DNA from: Nitrososphaerota archaeon
Lineage (GTDB): Archaea; Thermoproteota; Nitrososphaeria; PSMU01
Assembly: GCA_040290255.1 (NCBI GenBank)
Contig: PSMU01000001.1
Coordinates: 288,001-352,000, forward strand
Reading direction: 5' to 3'
Length of the DNA stretch: 64,000 nt
Shown here: in pieces, positions 38,625-48,201 of the stretch
How the letters are laid out: each line of letters opens with the position of its first letter
How positions within the stretch are numbered: position 1 is the first letter of the stretch
Position numbers and translations under genes: made by a program
Notes under the pieces: model-generated
Database searches by the model: none
The model's input: only the letters and a program-made list of their open reading frames with translations
Told to the model about the DNA's origin: nothing

Positions 38625-39119
38625 CTACGCCACCGGCTTAAAGTATAGGATGTCCGTGATCTCCCCCCTTCTCTCCTGCTCTTTCCTCCAGACGGCCCTT
38701 ACCTTAAGGCCCACCCTTACGGCTTCGGGGGCAACTTCGCCCAGGCGATGGAGGAGCGCGAGGCCGGAGCCGGGCTGCTCCAGCTCTATTACGGCCACGA
38801 GCTCCGGCTCCTGCCTCCTGCTGGCGTCCGTATTAACGTAAGAGATCGAGTAGGTGGCCACGAACCCTTCATCCCTGACGGGCGCCCATTCATCTATGGG
38901 CCGAAAGCACTGCTCGCAGAAGGCCCTCGGGGGGAGCAGCCTCCTGCCGCAGCGCCGGCAAAGCCCTGCGAGCAGCACCCCCCTCCTGAGCCCCTCCAAG
39001 AAGGCACCGTGGGCTTCGCCCAGCGTGTAGGCATATTCAAAGGGATGCACGTGCTTCACGCTGCCCGTGGGCGCGCCCTTCACGGGCGTGCCCGGAGGCC
39101 TTGAAGCCATCCCGGCCAT
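38625..39119 (-). CDS. DUF35 Zn-ribbon/OB-fold protein
   Basis: CRRCG...PPRAFCEQC, V.AVW and R.G.ITDI.YF.P; start 39119 or 39110. Confidence 0.9.
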   Translation of the reverse strand: MAGMASRPPGTPVKGAPTGSVKHVHPFEYAYTLGEAHGAFLEGLRRGVLLAGLCRRCGRRLLPPRAFCEQCFRPIDEWAPVRDEGFVATYSISYVNTDASRRQEPELVAVIELEQPGSGLALLHRLGEVAPEAVRVGLKVRAVWRKEQERRGEITDILYFKPVA

Positions 39120-39142
39120 CCCCCTTCCTGAGCCCTTTAAGC

Positions 39143-39754
39143 TTATGCGGGGCTGAAGCTGAGCTTGGCCACCTCCGTGAGCGTGCCGCGGTAGAGAAAG
39201 GTGATCTGCCTGAGCGCGGCGTAGTAGTCGAACTCGGTCAGTGCGGAGATGGCATCGATGGGCACCACCACGCGGTACCACCTCAGCGCCGCGCTGCCCG
39301 CCGTATGCAGCACGCAGATGTTGGCCACCGTGCCCGCGACGACCACATCCTCCACGCGATACAGCTTCAGCAGGTGCTCGAGCGAGGTGCCATAGAACCC
39401 ATCATACCTGAGCTTCCTTATCACGTCCTCCTGGGGCCTGGGCCTCAGCTCCTCGACGATCTCGGCGCCCCATGTATGGGCCTTGGCATGCTCGCCCCAG
39501 AGCGCGAACTCGGGATCGCCCTCCTGATGCCAGTCCTGCGTGAAGATGACCCTGGCGCCGGCCCTGCGGGCCTTATCCAGCAGCGCCGCGAGCTTGGGCA
39601 GCGTCGCGGGGGCGCTGGGCACGAAGAGCGAGCCCCTGGGATGGCAGAAGTCGTTCTGGCAGTCCACGATGATGACGGCCGTCTTCTTGGGGTCCAGGGC
39701 CACGGGCTGGGGCTCGAGCCTTAGGTCCTCGGGCAGCTTCACGCTCAGGGCCAT
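39143..39754 (-). CDS. Isochorismatase/nicotinamidase-family cysteine hydrolase
   Basis: IVDCQNDF, D.H, H....WG, K..YD.F and GTVANICV. Confidence 0.93.
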   Translation of the reverse strand: MALSVKLPEDLRLEPQPVALDPKKTAVIIVDCQNDFCHPRGSLFVPSAPATLPKLAALLDKARRAGARVIFTQDWHQEGDPEFALWGEHAKAHTWGAEIVEELRPRPQEDVIRKLRYDGFYGTSLEHLLKLYRVEDVVVAGTVANICVLHTAGSAALRWYRVVVPIDAISALTEFDYYAALRQITFLYRGTLTEVAKLSFSPA

Positions 39755-39831
39755 GCCGAAGGCCGGGGGCCGGTGCTTTTTACCTTTGCCGCCCGCTCAA
39801 GCTTTAAGCCCATGCTGGAACCCAGGGGTCC

Positions 39832-40857
39832 ATGAGGGCGCCCCGTGAGGTGCTGGTCCAGGGGGCCGGGGGCGCTGAGCTCGATGAGTACATCGCGGAG
39901 GCGCTCAGGAGGAGGGGCCTAGGTCCCTCGCTGCGGGCGAGCGCGCCCTTCCTGCTGCTGGACCACGAGGATCCCGTCGAGGTGGCCTATGCCCTCGCCC
40001 GCCTCCCGGGCCTGGAGAGGCTCTTCGTGGGCTGGAGCTGTGGCGGCGGGCTCGACGAGCTGCTGCGCCTCGCCAGGCGGGTGGCCAGGGCCTATTTCAG
40101 GAGGGGCGATAGCGTCTCCGTGCGCGCCCTCTCGGAGGACCCCTCGCTCTCGCCGGAGGAGCTGGAGCTTCACGCGGTTTCGGCGCTGATGGGCGACCCG
40201 CGCGTGCCCCGCTTCGAGCTGAGCTCTTCGGAGGAGGCGCTCACGCTCTGGGTGGTGGCCTGGAGGGAAGGGGGGTTCGTGGCGCTGAGGGCCTATGAGG
40301 GGCTGGGGGGCAGGCCCTATGGCAGCGAAGGCCGGGCCCTGGCCTTCCTCACCTACTCGCTCAGGAGCGCCGTGGCCGCCTTCCTGGCGCTGAGGCGAGG
40401 CTATGGCCTGCAGCTCGCGATGGTCGACGCGCGCCCGCACATGGCGGAGGAGCAGATTGAGGCGCTCGTGAAGGCCGCATGCCTGCTCAGCGAGCACATG
40501 CCCGCCGGCGCCTCGCTCGCCATCTACCGCTATCCGCTGCGCGGCTCGCCGCGCGCCCAGCTTGCCTGCCTGGCCCCACCCCTGCTGAAGAGATGGGGCT
40601 GTTCGACCCTGATAGCGAGCCCCTCGGACCCGGCTCGCGACCCCACCTACTGGCTGACGGAGCAGGAGGTGCTGGCGCTCTGGGCCAAGCTCTCGCCCGG
40701 CGACTATGCGCTCTCCCTGCCCCCGAAGGAGCCGGAGGAGGAGGGGGCGCCGTTGGGCCAAGGCGAGCTCGAGGAGCTGCTGGCCCATGAGAGCCTGCTG
40801 GAGCTGGAGGGGGGAGCGCTGGGCTACCACAGGGCGCTGGACCTCTATCCCTGGTGA
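39832..40857 (+). CDS. Degenerate ThiI-like protein (THUMP remnant plus inactive-looking PP-loop)
   Basis: G.GG.P.GSEGR..A.L then TYSLRS in place of SGGIDS, followed by VAA....RRG. Confidence 0.65.
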   Translation: MRAPREVLVQGAGGAELDEYIAEALRRRGLGPSLRASAPFLLLDHEDPVEVAYALARLPGLERLFVGWSCGGGLDELLRLARRVARAYFRRGDSVSVRALSEDPSLSPEELELHAVSALMGDPRVPRFELSSSEEALTLWVVAWREGGFVALRAYEGLGGRPYGSEGRALAFLTYSLRSAVAAFLALRRGYGLQLAMVDARPHMAEEQIEALVKAACLLSEHMPAGASLAIYRYPLRGSPRAQLACLAPPLLKRWGCSTLIASPSDPARDPTYWLTEQEVLALWAKLSPGDYALSLPPKEPEEEGAPLGQGELEELLAHESLLELEGGALGYHRALDLYPW

Positions 40858-42011
40858 GCGTAGGCCCATATCCTCGCCAGGGCCGGCTCGAGGCCGCTGT
40901 AATTGCCGACGCGGCGGGCCACCTCCTTGGCCCTCTCATGCAGGGGGCCCTTTAGCGCCCCGAGGATGGCTTCGCCCAGGGCCCCGGGCGTTAGCGTGGC
41001 CTCGTGAAGCAGCTTGCCCACGCCCATGAGCTGCATCCTGCGCGCATTTCCTATCTGCTCGCTGTGCTTGCTGATGGGCACCACCACGCAGGGCTTGCCG
41101 AGGCGAAGGCACCAGCTGAGCGTGTGATGGCCGCCCCTGCAGACGACGAGCTCGCTGAGGCGCATGAGGGCCTCTACATAGGGGCACCATTCCAGGTACC
41201 AGCCCCAGGGCATCCTCCTGGGCTCTTGGCTCCCGGCGGGCTCGGCGCCCACCACCACTACCCCCACCCTTCCGCGCAGCGCCTCGGCGGCCCTAAGGTA
41301 GAGCGAAGTGAGCCGACGCCTGGAGGGGCCCGGGCCACCGGAGAGCAGCAGCACGAAGCCGCCCTCATTCAGGCCAAGCTCCCGGCGCGCCCTTTCCAGG
41401 AGGCTTCCCTCGATCAGCAGCCCGTCGAGGATGGGTCCCACGAACTTAGCCCTCCTGAGGCTGATCGCGTTCACCACGTTCAGGTGCGATATCGTGTAGG
41501 GCGGCGGATAATCGAGGATCAGCACTTCATCGGCGCGCGCTATGGCGAAGAGGCTGAGCGCCCCGAAGGCCTTTTCGGCCCACGAGAGCCTCTGCCTCTC
41601 CGCCGAAGGAGGGGAGGAGAGCCACAGCTGGTTCCAGAGGGAGATGAGCGGCCTGCGAAGGGCCAGGGCGGAAGGATAGGGCGATAGCTTGCTGTCCGCC
41701 ACGACCACGTCGGCGCGGGCTACGAGCCGGGCCTCGACGGCGACCTGGCGGGCGAAGAGCGGCGCGATGTCGGGCAGCTGCCTCACCGTCTTCTTCATGG
41801 ATACGTCTCCCGCCTCGCCCCAGCCCACATCGAGCACGGGGGAGGGGATGAGCAGGTCGACCAGCGGGCGCAGCAGCAGCGCGGCCTCGCCCGAGGCGGT
41901 GGCCGTAACAAGGGCCCCCTTCCTCTTCAGGCCTAAGATGAGGGCCGCGTCCCTCTTCGCGTGGCCGAGCCCCGTGCTGAAGACGGAAAAGTGGACCCTG
42001 ACGCGCTTCAA
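40845..42011 (-). CDS. GT-B glycosyltransferase (GT28/MurG-like)
   Basis: GLGH..R, FVGPI, CRGGH.T and H.EQ..NA. Confidence 0.87.
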   Translation of the reverse strand: MKRVRVHFSVFSTGLGHAKRDAALILGLKRKGALVTATASGEAALLLRPLVDLLIPSPVLDVGWGEAGDVSMKKTVRQLPDIAPLFARQVAVEARLVARADVVVADSKLSPYPSALALRRPLISLWNQLWLSSPPSAERQRLSWAEKAFGALSLFAIARADEVLILDYPPPYTISHLNVVNAISLRRAKFVGPILDGLLIEGSLLERARRELGLNEGGFVLLLSGGPGPSRRRLTSLYLRAAEALRGRVGVVVVGAEPAGSQEPRRMPWGWYLEWCPYVEALMRLSELVVCRGGHHTLSWCLRLGKPCVVVPISKHSEQIGNARRMQLMGVGKLLHEATLTPGALGEAILGALKGPLHERAKEVARRVGNYSGLEPALARIWAYAHQG

Positions 42012-42097
42012 ATTTCGCCCGCGGGGCAAGGGGGGCCGACGTTTAAGGCTGTCCCCGCGGCAAAAGCTTAATAGGCCACGAGCGCGCCGCGCAAGCG

Positions 42098-43060
42098 ATG
42101 ATTTCGCTGGCCGGGCAGGTGCAGGAGGCGCGGGGCGTGAAGTTGGTGGAGCACGAGGGGCTGAAGAGGTGGACGGGCACCACGCTGGTGAAGCGCGGCT
42201 TCCCGGCCATGTGCAAGCATGGAGTCATCATGGATGTCACGAGCGTGGAGCAGGCCCAGATAGCGGAGGAGGCGGGGGCCGTGGCGGTGATGGTGCTCGA
42301 TAAGCTGCCGTACGACGTGCGCAAGGCGGGGGGCGTGGCCAGGACGGCCAGCCTCAAGGTCATAGAGCAGATAATGGACCACATAACGATCCCCGTCTCG
42401 GCTAAGTGCAGGATCGGCCATGCCTACGAGGCCAGGCTGCTGGAGGAGCTGGGCGTGGACCTCATCGATGAGAGTGAGGTGCTAACGCCCGCCGACGAAG
42501 TTAACCACATCTGGAAGTGGGACTTCACGGTGCCCTTTGTCTGCGGCGCGAGGGACCTGGGCGAGGCGCTCAGGAGGATCCAGGAGGGGGCCAGCATGAT
42601 CAGGACGAAGGGCGAGCCCGGCACGGGCAATGTGGCGGAGGCCGTCAAGCACATGAGGCTCATCGGGAGGGAGCTCGCCCAGCTGCGTGGACTCTATGAG
42701 CTGGGCAAGATGGAGGAGCTGCTGGCGGTGGCCAGGGAGTACAGGATCTCGCCCGAGCTGACCATAGAGACGGCCAAGCTGGGCCGCCTGCCCGTCGTGA
42801 ACTTCGCGGCAGGGGGGATCGCGACGCCGGCCGATGCGGCGCTGATGATGGCCCTGGGCGCGGATGGCATCTTCGTGGGCTCGGGCATCTTCAAGTCCGA
42901 GGACCCCATCGAGAGGGCCCGCGCCATCGTGATCGCCACGACCTACTGGGATGATCCCAAGACGGTGGCCGAGGCCCAGAAGATGGTCGATGAGAAAAAG
43001 TCCATGGCGGGAATAGCCGGCCCCGAGCTGGACCTGCGCATGCAGGAGAGGGGCACCTAG
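42098..43060 (+). CDS. pdxS: PLP synthase subunit PdxS
   Basis: [29 protein letters not shown] and [13 protein letters not shown]. Confidence 0.96.
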   Translation: MISLAGQVQEARGVKLVEHEGLKRWTGTTLVKRGFPAMCKHGVIMDVTSVEQAQIAEEAGAVAVMVLDKLPYDVRKAGGVARTASLKVIEQIMDHITIPVSAKCRIGHAYEARLLEELGVDLIDESEVLTPADEVNHIWKWDFTVPFVCGARDLGEALRRIQEGASMIRTKGEPGTGNVAEAVKHMRLIGRELAQLRGLYELGKMEELLAVAREYRISPELTIETAKLGRLPVVNFAAGGIATPADAALMMALGADGIFVGSGIFKSEDPIERARAIVIATTYWDDPKTVAEAQKMVDEKKSMAGIAGPELDLRMQERGT

Positions 43061-43061
43061 C

Positions 43062-43304
43062 CTACAGCTCTTCTTCCAGCCTAACGTACAGGATGTTATT
43101 TCCCCTTATGACCACATGGCCCAGGTTGGCCAGGGGCCCCCTCGTGCCCTCCTCCTCCGCCTCCACCAGGTATAGGTTCATGTAGTCATCCGCCTTGAGC
43201 AGGCGGCCCCTGTACACCGTGTTGCTCTTCAGCTTGACCTCCACCCTCCTGTTGAGGCTCTTGTAGAGCAGCTGCAGCGGCTTCCTCATGTTGAGCGCGG
43301 GCAC
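43062..43304 (-). CDS. Sm-like archaeal protein (SmAP2-type)
   Basis: Sm1 G.L...D.YMN and Sm2 VIRGNN. Confidence 0.93.
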   Translation of the reverse strand: MPALNMRKPLQLLYKSLNRRVEVKLKSNTVYRGRLLKADDYMNLYLVEAEEEGTRGPLANLGHVVIRGNNILYVRLEEEL

Positions 43305-43356
43305 GAGCGGGGCTGCGGATGGCTGAGGTTAAAAAGCTACCGCCGAAGGTGGCCAG

Positions 43357-44211
43357 GTGGCCGGCGAGGAGAGGCTGAGGGAGCTCGCCAAGAGGGCCGG
43401 GATCCCCTCGCTCCTGGACCTGGCGCTCATGCCCGACGCGCTGCTGCGCGAGCAGGGGCTGACGGAAGAGGAGGTCCGCGAGCTCCGCGCCCTGCTCCGC
43501 GAGCGCCATGGGAAGGCGCTCGAGCCCCTGGAGCCGGCCCGCGCGCCGCCCAGGTTGGCGACGGGCTGCGCGCCCATCGACGGGCTGCTCGGCGGGGGCT
43601 TCCCGCGGGGCGAGCTGCTGGGGATCGTGGGCGAGAGGGGGGTGGGCAAGACGACGCTGGCCCTCCAGGCCGCGGCGCTGGAACTGGCGCGGGGGCCGCG
43701 GCGGCTCGTCGCTTACATCTACTCCTCGGGCGGCTTCAGGGCCGAGAGGCTCGCCCAGCTCATCTCCGCGCGCCGGCTCGGCGAGCCGAGGGAGCTGCTC
43801 GAGAGGCTTCTGGTGCTGAGGGCCCAGCAGGCCTGGCAGCTCTTCGCCGCGCTGGAGAGGCTCAGGCGCCTCTCCAACGGAGAGCTGCCGCTCGTAATAG
43901 CCGACGAAGTGCACGGCTGCCTTGAGGCCGGCCCGGGGCTCGCGCCCTCGCCCATGGCTCAGCACGCCCTGCTGCTGGACTTCGTGGGCGAGCTCAGGAG
44001 GCTCTGCTCCTCGCTGGGCAGCTGCGGGCTGCTCATCGTGCCGCTCGTGCTGGACGAGAGGCTAGGCCAGAGAAAGCCTGCCGGTTATCGCTTCTCGTTC
44101 CCGCTTTATGGCTATCTTCTGCTGGAAAGGAGGGGCAGGGCCTTTCGGGCGCGCTGCTCGCTCACGCGGCAAGTGGCGCCCTACGAAATAGGGGAGGAGG
44201 GCCTAAAGTAG
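43357..44211 (+). CDS. RadA/Rad51 paralog
   Basis: TG...D.LLGGG.PRG, GERGVGKT, F.AERL.Q and Walker B LVIAD. Confidence 0.8.
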   Translation: MAGEERLRELAKRAGIPSLLDLALMPDALLREQGLTEEEVRELRALLRERHGKALEPLEPARAPPRLATGCAPIDGLLGGGFPRGELLGIVGERGVGKTTLALQAAALELARGPRRLVAYIYSSGGFRAERLAQLISARRLGEPRELLERLLVLRAQQAWQLFAALERLRRLSNGELPLVIADEVHGCLEAGPGLAPSPMAQHALLLDFVGELRRLCSSLGSCGLLIVPLVLDERLGQRKPAGYRFSFPLYGYLLLERRGRAFRARCSLTRQVAPYEIGEEGLK

Positions 44212-44478
44212 GGTGGAAAGCACTATGAGCGTGAAGAGCCAGGCCACCACGTAGGTGCCCGCGCCCTCGCTAAACCACCTGTTCCTCTCCTCCTGCGGGA
44301 GGTCCCGCGCCAGGATGAACCGGGCCAGGTAGTAGGTGAGCAGATAGCCCGCGAGGATCAAGGGGAGCGAGAGGTAGGCCAGCCCCTCTCCGCCCATGGC
44401 CACGATAAGGAAGGAGAGGAGGCCCATGGCCGCCCCGGCCGCGGCCCTGAGCCAGAAGATCCTATCCCTGGGCTTCAC
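44203..44478 (-). CDS. Small 3-TM protein, EMC6/Rab5ip-like
   Basis: RI.W.R...G...G, Y..TY and G..TY...W.F..I...T. Confidence 0.6.
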   Translation of the reverse strand: MKPRDRIFWLRAAAGAAMGLLSFLIVAMGGEGLAYLSLPLILAGYLLTYYLARFILARDLPQEERNRWFSEGAGTYVVAWLFTLIVLSTLL

Positions 44479-44529
44479 GAGGCGGCCCCCGCCCTAACTT
44501 TTATTAAGCTATGTCCCCGACGGCGCCCC

Positions 44530-45099
44530 ATGGCGGCGCTGGAGCGCACCAAGATCCTCGTTAGGGAGGTGATGAACAGCCCACCCATCACGCTCAAGGT
44601 GGGCTCCAGCGCGCTCGAGGCGGCCCGGCTGATGAAGAACATGCAGGTGGGCAGCGTCATCATCGTGAGAAGCGAAAGGCCCGTGGGCGTCGTGACGGAC
44701 AAGGACCTGGTAACGAAGGTGCTGGCCGAGGGCCGGGACCCGGGCAGCGTGCGCGTGGAGGAGATCATGTCCACCCCCCTGCCCACGATAGAGGCGGACC
44801 GCGACATCCTGGAGGCGGCCAAGCTGCTCAGGGAGAAGGGCGTGAAGAGGCTGGGCGTGACGAGCAGGGGGCGGCTGCAGGGGGTCATCACCATGACCGA
44901 TATACTGCTCGTCATGCCCGAGCTGGTCGAGATCGTGTCTGAGAAGTCGATGCTCAAGAGAACAGGGAGGGAGAGGGCGCCGGGCTACGTCACCGGCTAC
45001 TGCGACCGCTGCGAAACCTGGTCGGACTACCTCCTGGAGGTCGACGGCGAGTACCTCTGCGAGGAGTGCAGGCGTGAGGCCCCCACGCCCGAGGGCTGA
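44530..45099 (+). CDS. CBS-pair protein with a C-terminal Zn ribbon
   Basis: Two CBS motifs plus CDRC...LCEEC. Confidence 0.9.
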   Translation: MAALERTKILVREVMNSPPITLKVGSSALEAARLMKNMQVGSVIIVRSERPVGVVTDKDLVTKVLAEGRDPGSVRVEEIMSTPLPTIEADRDILEAAKLLREKGVKRLGVTSRGRLQGVITMTDILLVMPELVEIVSEKSMLKRTGRERAPGYVTGYCDRCETWSDYLLEVDGEYLCEECRREAPTPEG

Positions 45100-45108
45100 G
45101 CCGCCAGC

Positions 45109-46455
45109 TTGCCGGGCCCGCGCCTGCTCATAAGGAACGCCCGCAGGCTTCTTCCCGATGGCGGCCTGGAGACCTGCCATCTTCTCTCGAACGAGCAGGG
45201 CCTGATCGAGTACATAGGGAGGCAGGAGCCTCCAGCCCAGGGGGAGGTGCTCGAGGCCGGCGGCCGCCTGCTGGTGCCGGGGCTCGTGGACGCGCACGTG
45301 CACCTAAGGGACTGGGGCGAGGCGCACAAGGAGGACCTTTCGACCGGCACGAAGGCGGCACTGGCCGGCGGCTTCACGACGGTGGCGGAGATGCCCAACA
45401 CGAAGCCCCCCATCACGGCCGCAGCGCTGCTGGAGCGGCGGTTCAGGGATATCAGGCAGAGGGCCTACTGCCACGTGGGCGTCTGGAGCTCCCCCTCCTC
45501 GCCCGCCGCCGCCGCCGAGCTGGCCGCGCTGGGCACGCTGGGCTTTAAGCTCTACCTGCACAGGCCGCTGGATGGCGCCGACTACAGCAGGCAAGAGGCC
45601 CTTGCCCCCCTCTTCGAGCAGGCCGCGCGCCTGGGCCTGCCGGTGGTGGTGCACGCGGAGCTGAGCTCGCTTCTGCGCCCGCTGGGAGAGGCCTACGATG
45701 CCCACGAGCACGCCAGGGCCCATCCTCCCGAGGCCGAGCTTGAGGCGGTGCGCTCCGTGCTGGAGCTGAGCGCCCGCACGGGGACCAGGCTTCACATAGC
45801 GCACGTGAGCTTGGCGGGCTCCCTTCGTCTCATTCAAAGGGCCAGGGCGGAGGGGCGCGCGGTGAGCTGCGAGGCGACGCCCCACCACCTGCTGCTCAGC
45901 GCGCGGGAGCTGGGCCGCCTGGGCCGCCTGGGCATCGTGGAGCCGCCGCTGAGGCAGGCCAGGGATGCGGCCTCGCTGAGGAGGGGGTTGAAGAGCGGCC
46001 TCGTGCAGGTGATAGCCTCCGATCACGCGCCCCATGCCCTGGATGAAAAGGCCTCCCCCCGCCCCCCGCCGGGTTTTCCCGGGCTCGAGGTGGTGGTGCC
46101 CGTGCTCTTCACGTGGGCCAAGAGGGGGCTGCTGGGGCTGGGCGAAGTGATCCAGGCGCTCACCAGGTCGCCCTGCGCCCTCTTGGGCTTAAACGATAGG
46201 GGGGAGCTGAGGCAGGGGCTGAGGTGCGACCTCGCGCTCATCGACCTTAAGGCCGAGGGGATCCTGGACCCCTCGCGCTTCCTCTCGAAGGCAAAGTACT
46301 CGCCCTTTTCGGGCTTTAAGTATGAGGCGGCGGTCCATGCGACGATCATAGGCGGAAAGGTCGCATATATAGAGGGGGAGGTGCTGGAGAGGCTGGGCGA
46401 TGTCGTCAGGGGCCCCCTCGCTGCTCGTGGATTCCATGCTGGGGAGCCTGGCTAG
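45109..46455 (+). CDS. pyrC: Dihydroorotase
   Basis: PGLVDAHVH.R, GGFTTV.EMPNT, EATPHHL and SDHAPH. Confidence 0.9.
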   Translation: MPGPRLLIRNARRLLPDGGLETCHLLSNEQGLIEYIGRQEPPAQGEVLEAGGRLLVPGLVDAHVHLRDWGEAHKEDLSTGTKAALAGGFTTVAEMPNTKPPITAAALLERRFRDIRQRAYCHVGVWSSPSSPAAAAELAALGTLGFKLYLHRPLDGADYSRQEALAPLFEQAARLGLPVVVHAELSSLLRPLGEAYDAHEHARAHPPEAELEAVRSVLELSARTGTRLHIAHVSLAGSLRLIQRARAEGRAVSCEATPHHLLLSARELGRLGRLGIVEPPLRQARDAASLRRGLKSGLVQVIASDHAPHALDEKASPRPPPGFPGLEVVVPVLFTWAKRGLLGLGEVIQALTRSPCALLGLNDRGELRQGLRCDLALIDLKAEGILDPSRFLSKAKYSPFSGFKYEAAVHATIIGGKVAYIEGEVLERLGDVVRGPLAARGFHAGEPG

Positions 46456-46912
46456 GAAGCTGAGGCTCTACGGGCTAGATGCCGAATACGAGCCCAGGGC
46501 CTCGGACCAGGAGCTGCTCTCGAGGGCGAGGGACGAGGGGAGGGTGCTCATCAGCTCGGACAGGGCGCTCGTCGCGCGAGCGAAGCGGCTGGGGGTTGCG
46601 GCCCTGCTCGTCGAGGCGGGAGGGGATGCGGAGGCCCTCGCCCAGGTCTTCCTGGGCCTGGGCCTTAGGCCCGAGGGCCTCTCGCCCGATAGGGCGCGCT
46701 GCTCGCGCTGCAACGGGGAGGTGGCCAGGGCCTCCAAGCGGAGCGTCAGGAACAAGGTGGCTCCGCGCACCTTCTCGGCCTACTCGGCCTTTTACATCTG
46801 CCGGAGGTGCGGCAAGGTCTACTGGGAGGGCGCGCACTGGAGGCGGATCCTGGCGCTGCACGGCCGCGTGCTAAAGCTCCTGGCCGCCGCTCGTTCACGG
46901 CCCACCCTCTGA
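46400..46912 (+). CDS. Mut7-C (PIN-like) RNase domain protein
   Basis: D.MLG.LAR.LR..G.D, RC..CN and C..CGKVYWEG.H. Confidence 0.9.
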   Translation: MSSGAPSLLVDSMLGSLARKLRLYGLDAEYEPRASDQELLSRARDEGRVLISSDRALVARAKRLGVAALLVEAGGDAEALAQVFLGLGLRPEGLSPDRARCSRCNGEVARASKRSVRNKVAPRTFSAYSAFYICRRCGKVYWEGAHWRRILALHGRVLKLLAAARSRPTL

Positions 46913-46956
46913 GCGGGGTTTAAAACTTAATAATAAACCCAAGCCGGCCTCATCAA

Positions 46957-48201
46957 ATGGAGTCGTACGCCAAGGACTTCATAGCCTTGGAGCGACTTCA
47001 TTCGCCTCCCGTGTGGGAGAGGCACATCGAGATCGTCGAGAGGAAGGGCAAGGGCCACCCCGACACGCTCATCGACTGCCTCGCGGAGGATGCCTCGCTC
47101 GCGCTGGCCAACTACTACTATAAAACCTACGGCAGGCTCCTCCACTACAACCTGGACAAGGGCATCATCGTCGGAGGGCGCTCGGCCCCCAGGTTTGGGG
47201 GCGGGGAGGTGCTGGAGCCCATCTATATCCTCCTGGCCGGGCGGGCGACGAGCAGCGTGGCGGTGGAGGGGAGGCAGGAGTTCATCCCCGTGGTGCCCCT
47301 GGTGCTGGGGGAGGCCAGGCGGTCCCTCAGCAGGCTGCTTCGCTTCCTAGACCCCGACAGGCACGTGGTCGTGGACTGCAAGGTAAAGCAGGGCTCCGGG
47401 GAGCTGATCAAGCTGGTGGGCGAGGGCAAGCTGGGCGCGGGGCCCGGCGTCCTGGCGAACGACAGCTCTCTGGGCGTGGGCTTCGCCCCGCTCAGCCCCC
47501 TGGAGGGGCTCGTGCTCAACGTGGAGAGGCACCTTAATTCAGAGGCGTATAAGCGCGTGCATCCTGAGGTGGGCGAGGACGTTAAGGTGATCGCGGTCCG
47601 GAGGGGGGATCAGGTGGAGCTCACGGTGGCCGCGGCCATGATCAGCCACCTCGTGAAGGACCGCGCACATTACAGGAGGATAAAGCAGGAGGTGGCCGAG
47701 GAGGTGCAGCAGCTGGCCCAGGGGCTGCTCCCCCAGGGCTACTCGCTGAAGGTGAACATAAACGCCGCGGACAGGGAGGAGGAGGGCTACTGCTACATCA
47801 CCGTGACGGGCACCTCGGCGGAAATGGGCGATGATGGAAACACGGGCAGGGGCAACAAGGCGAACGGGCTCATCACGCCCATGCGGGAGCAGTCGATGGA
47901 GGCCGTGGCGGGGAAGAACGCGCTGAACCATAGCGGGAAGCTCTTCAACCTCCTCGCGCAGCGCATGGCCGAAGAGGTCTGCCAGATCTCCGGCATAAGG
48001 GAGGCCTACGTGAGGCTCGTGAGCAAGATAGGCCATCCGCTGAAGAGGCCCCTGCTGGCCAGCGTGGGCCTCGTGCTGGAGCCGAGCGTCACCCTCGCTT
48101 CGGTGAGCGAGAGGGTGGAGAACGCCGTGCTGGCCAAGCTGGAGGAGCTGCCCCTGCTCACGCAGGAGCTCCTAAGCGGGCGCCTGCGCGCCGTCTGCTA
48201 G
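46957..48201 (+). CDS. mat: Archaeal S-adenosylmethionine synthetase
   Basis: EIVERKG.GHPD, ANDS, GED.KV and GTSAE.GD.G..GRGN. Confidence 0.95.
   Translation: MESYAKDFIALERLHSPPVWERHIEIVERKGKGHPDTLIDCLAEDASLALANYYYKTYGRLLHYNLDKGIIVGGRSAPRFGGGEVLEPIYILLAGRATSSVAVEGRQEFIPVVPLVLGEARRSLSRLLRFLDPDRHVVVDCKVKQGSGELIKLVGEGKLGAGPGVLANDSSLGVGFAPLSPLEGLVLNVERHLNSEAYKRVHPEVGEDVKVIAVRRGDQVELTVAAAMISHLVKDRAHYRRIKQEVAEEVQQLAQGLLPQGYSLKVNINAADREEEGYCYITVTGTSAEMGDDGNTGRGNKANGLITPMREQSMEAVAGKNALNHSGKLFNLLAQRMAEEVCQISGIREAYVRLVSKIGHPLKRPLLASVGLVLEPSVTLASVSERVENAVLAKLEELPLLTQELLSGRLRAVC

Noticed and set aside
46400-46912. Mut7-C RNase as a toxin or defence system
   Set aside because: Common stand-alone archaeal gene with no antitoxin or defence context
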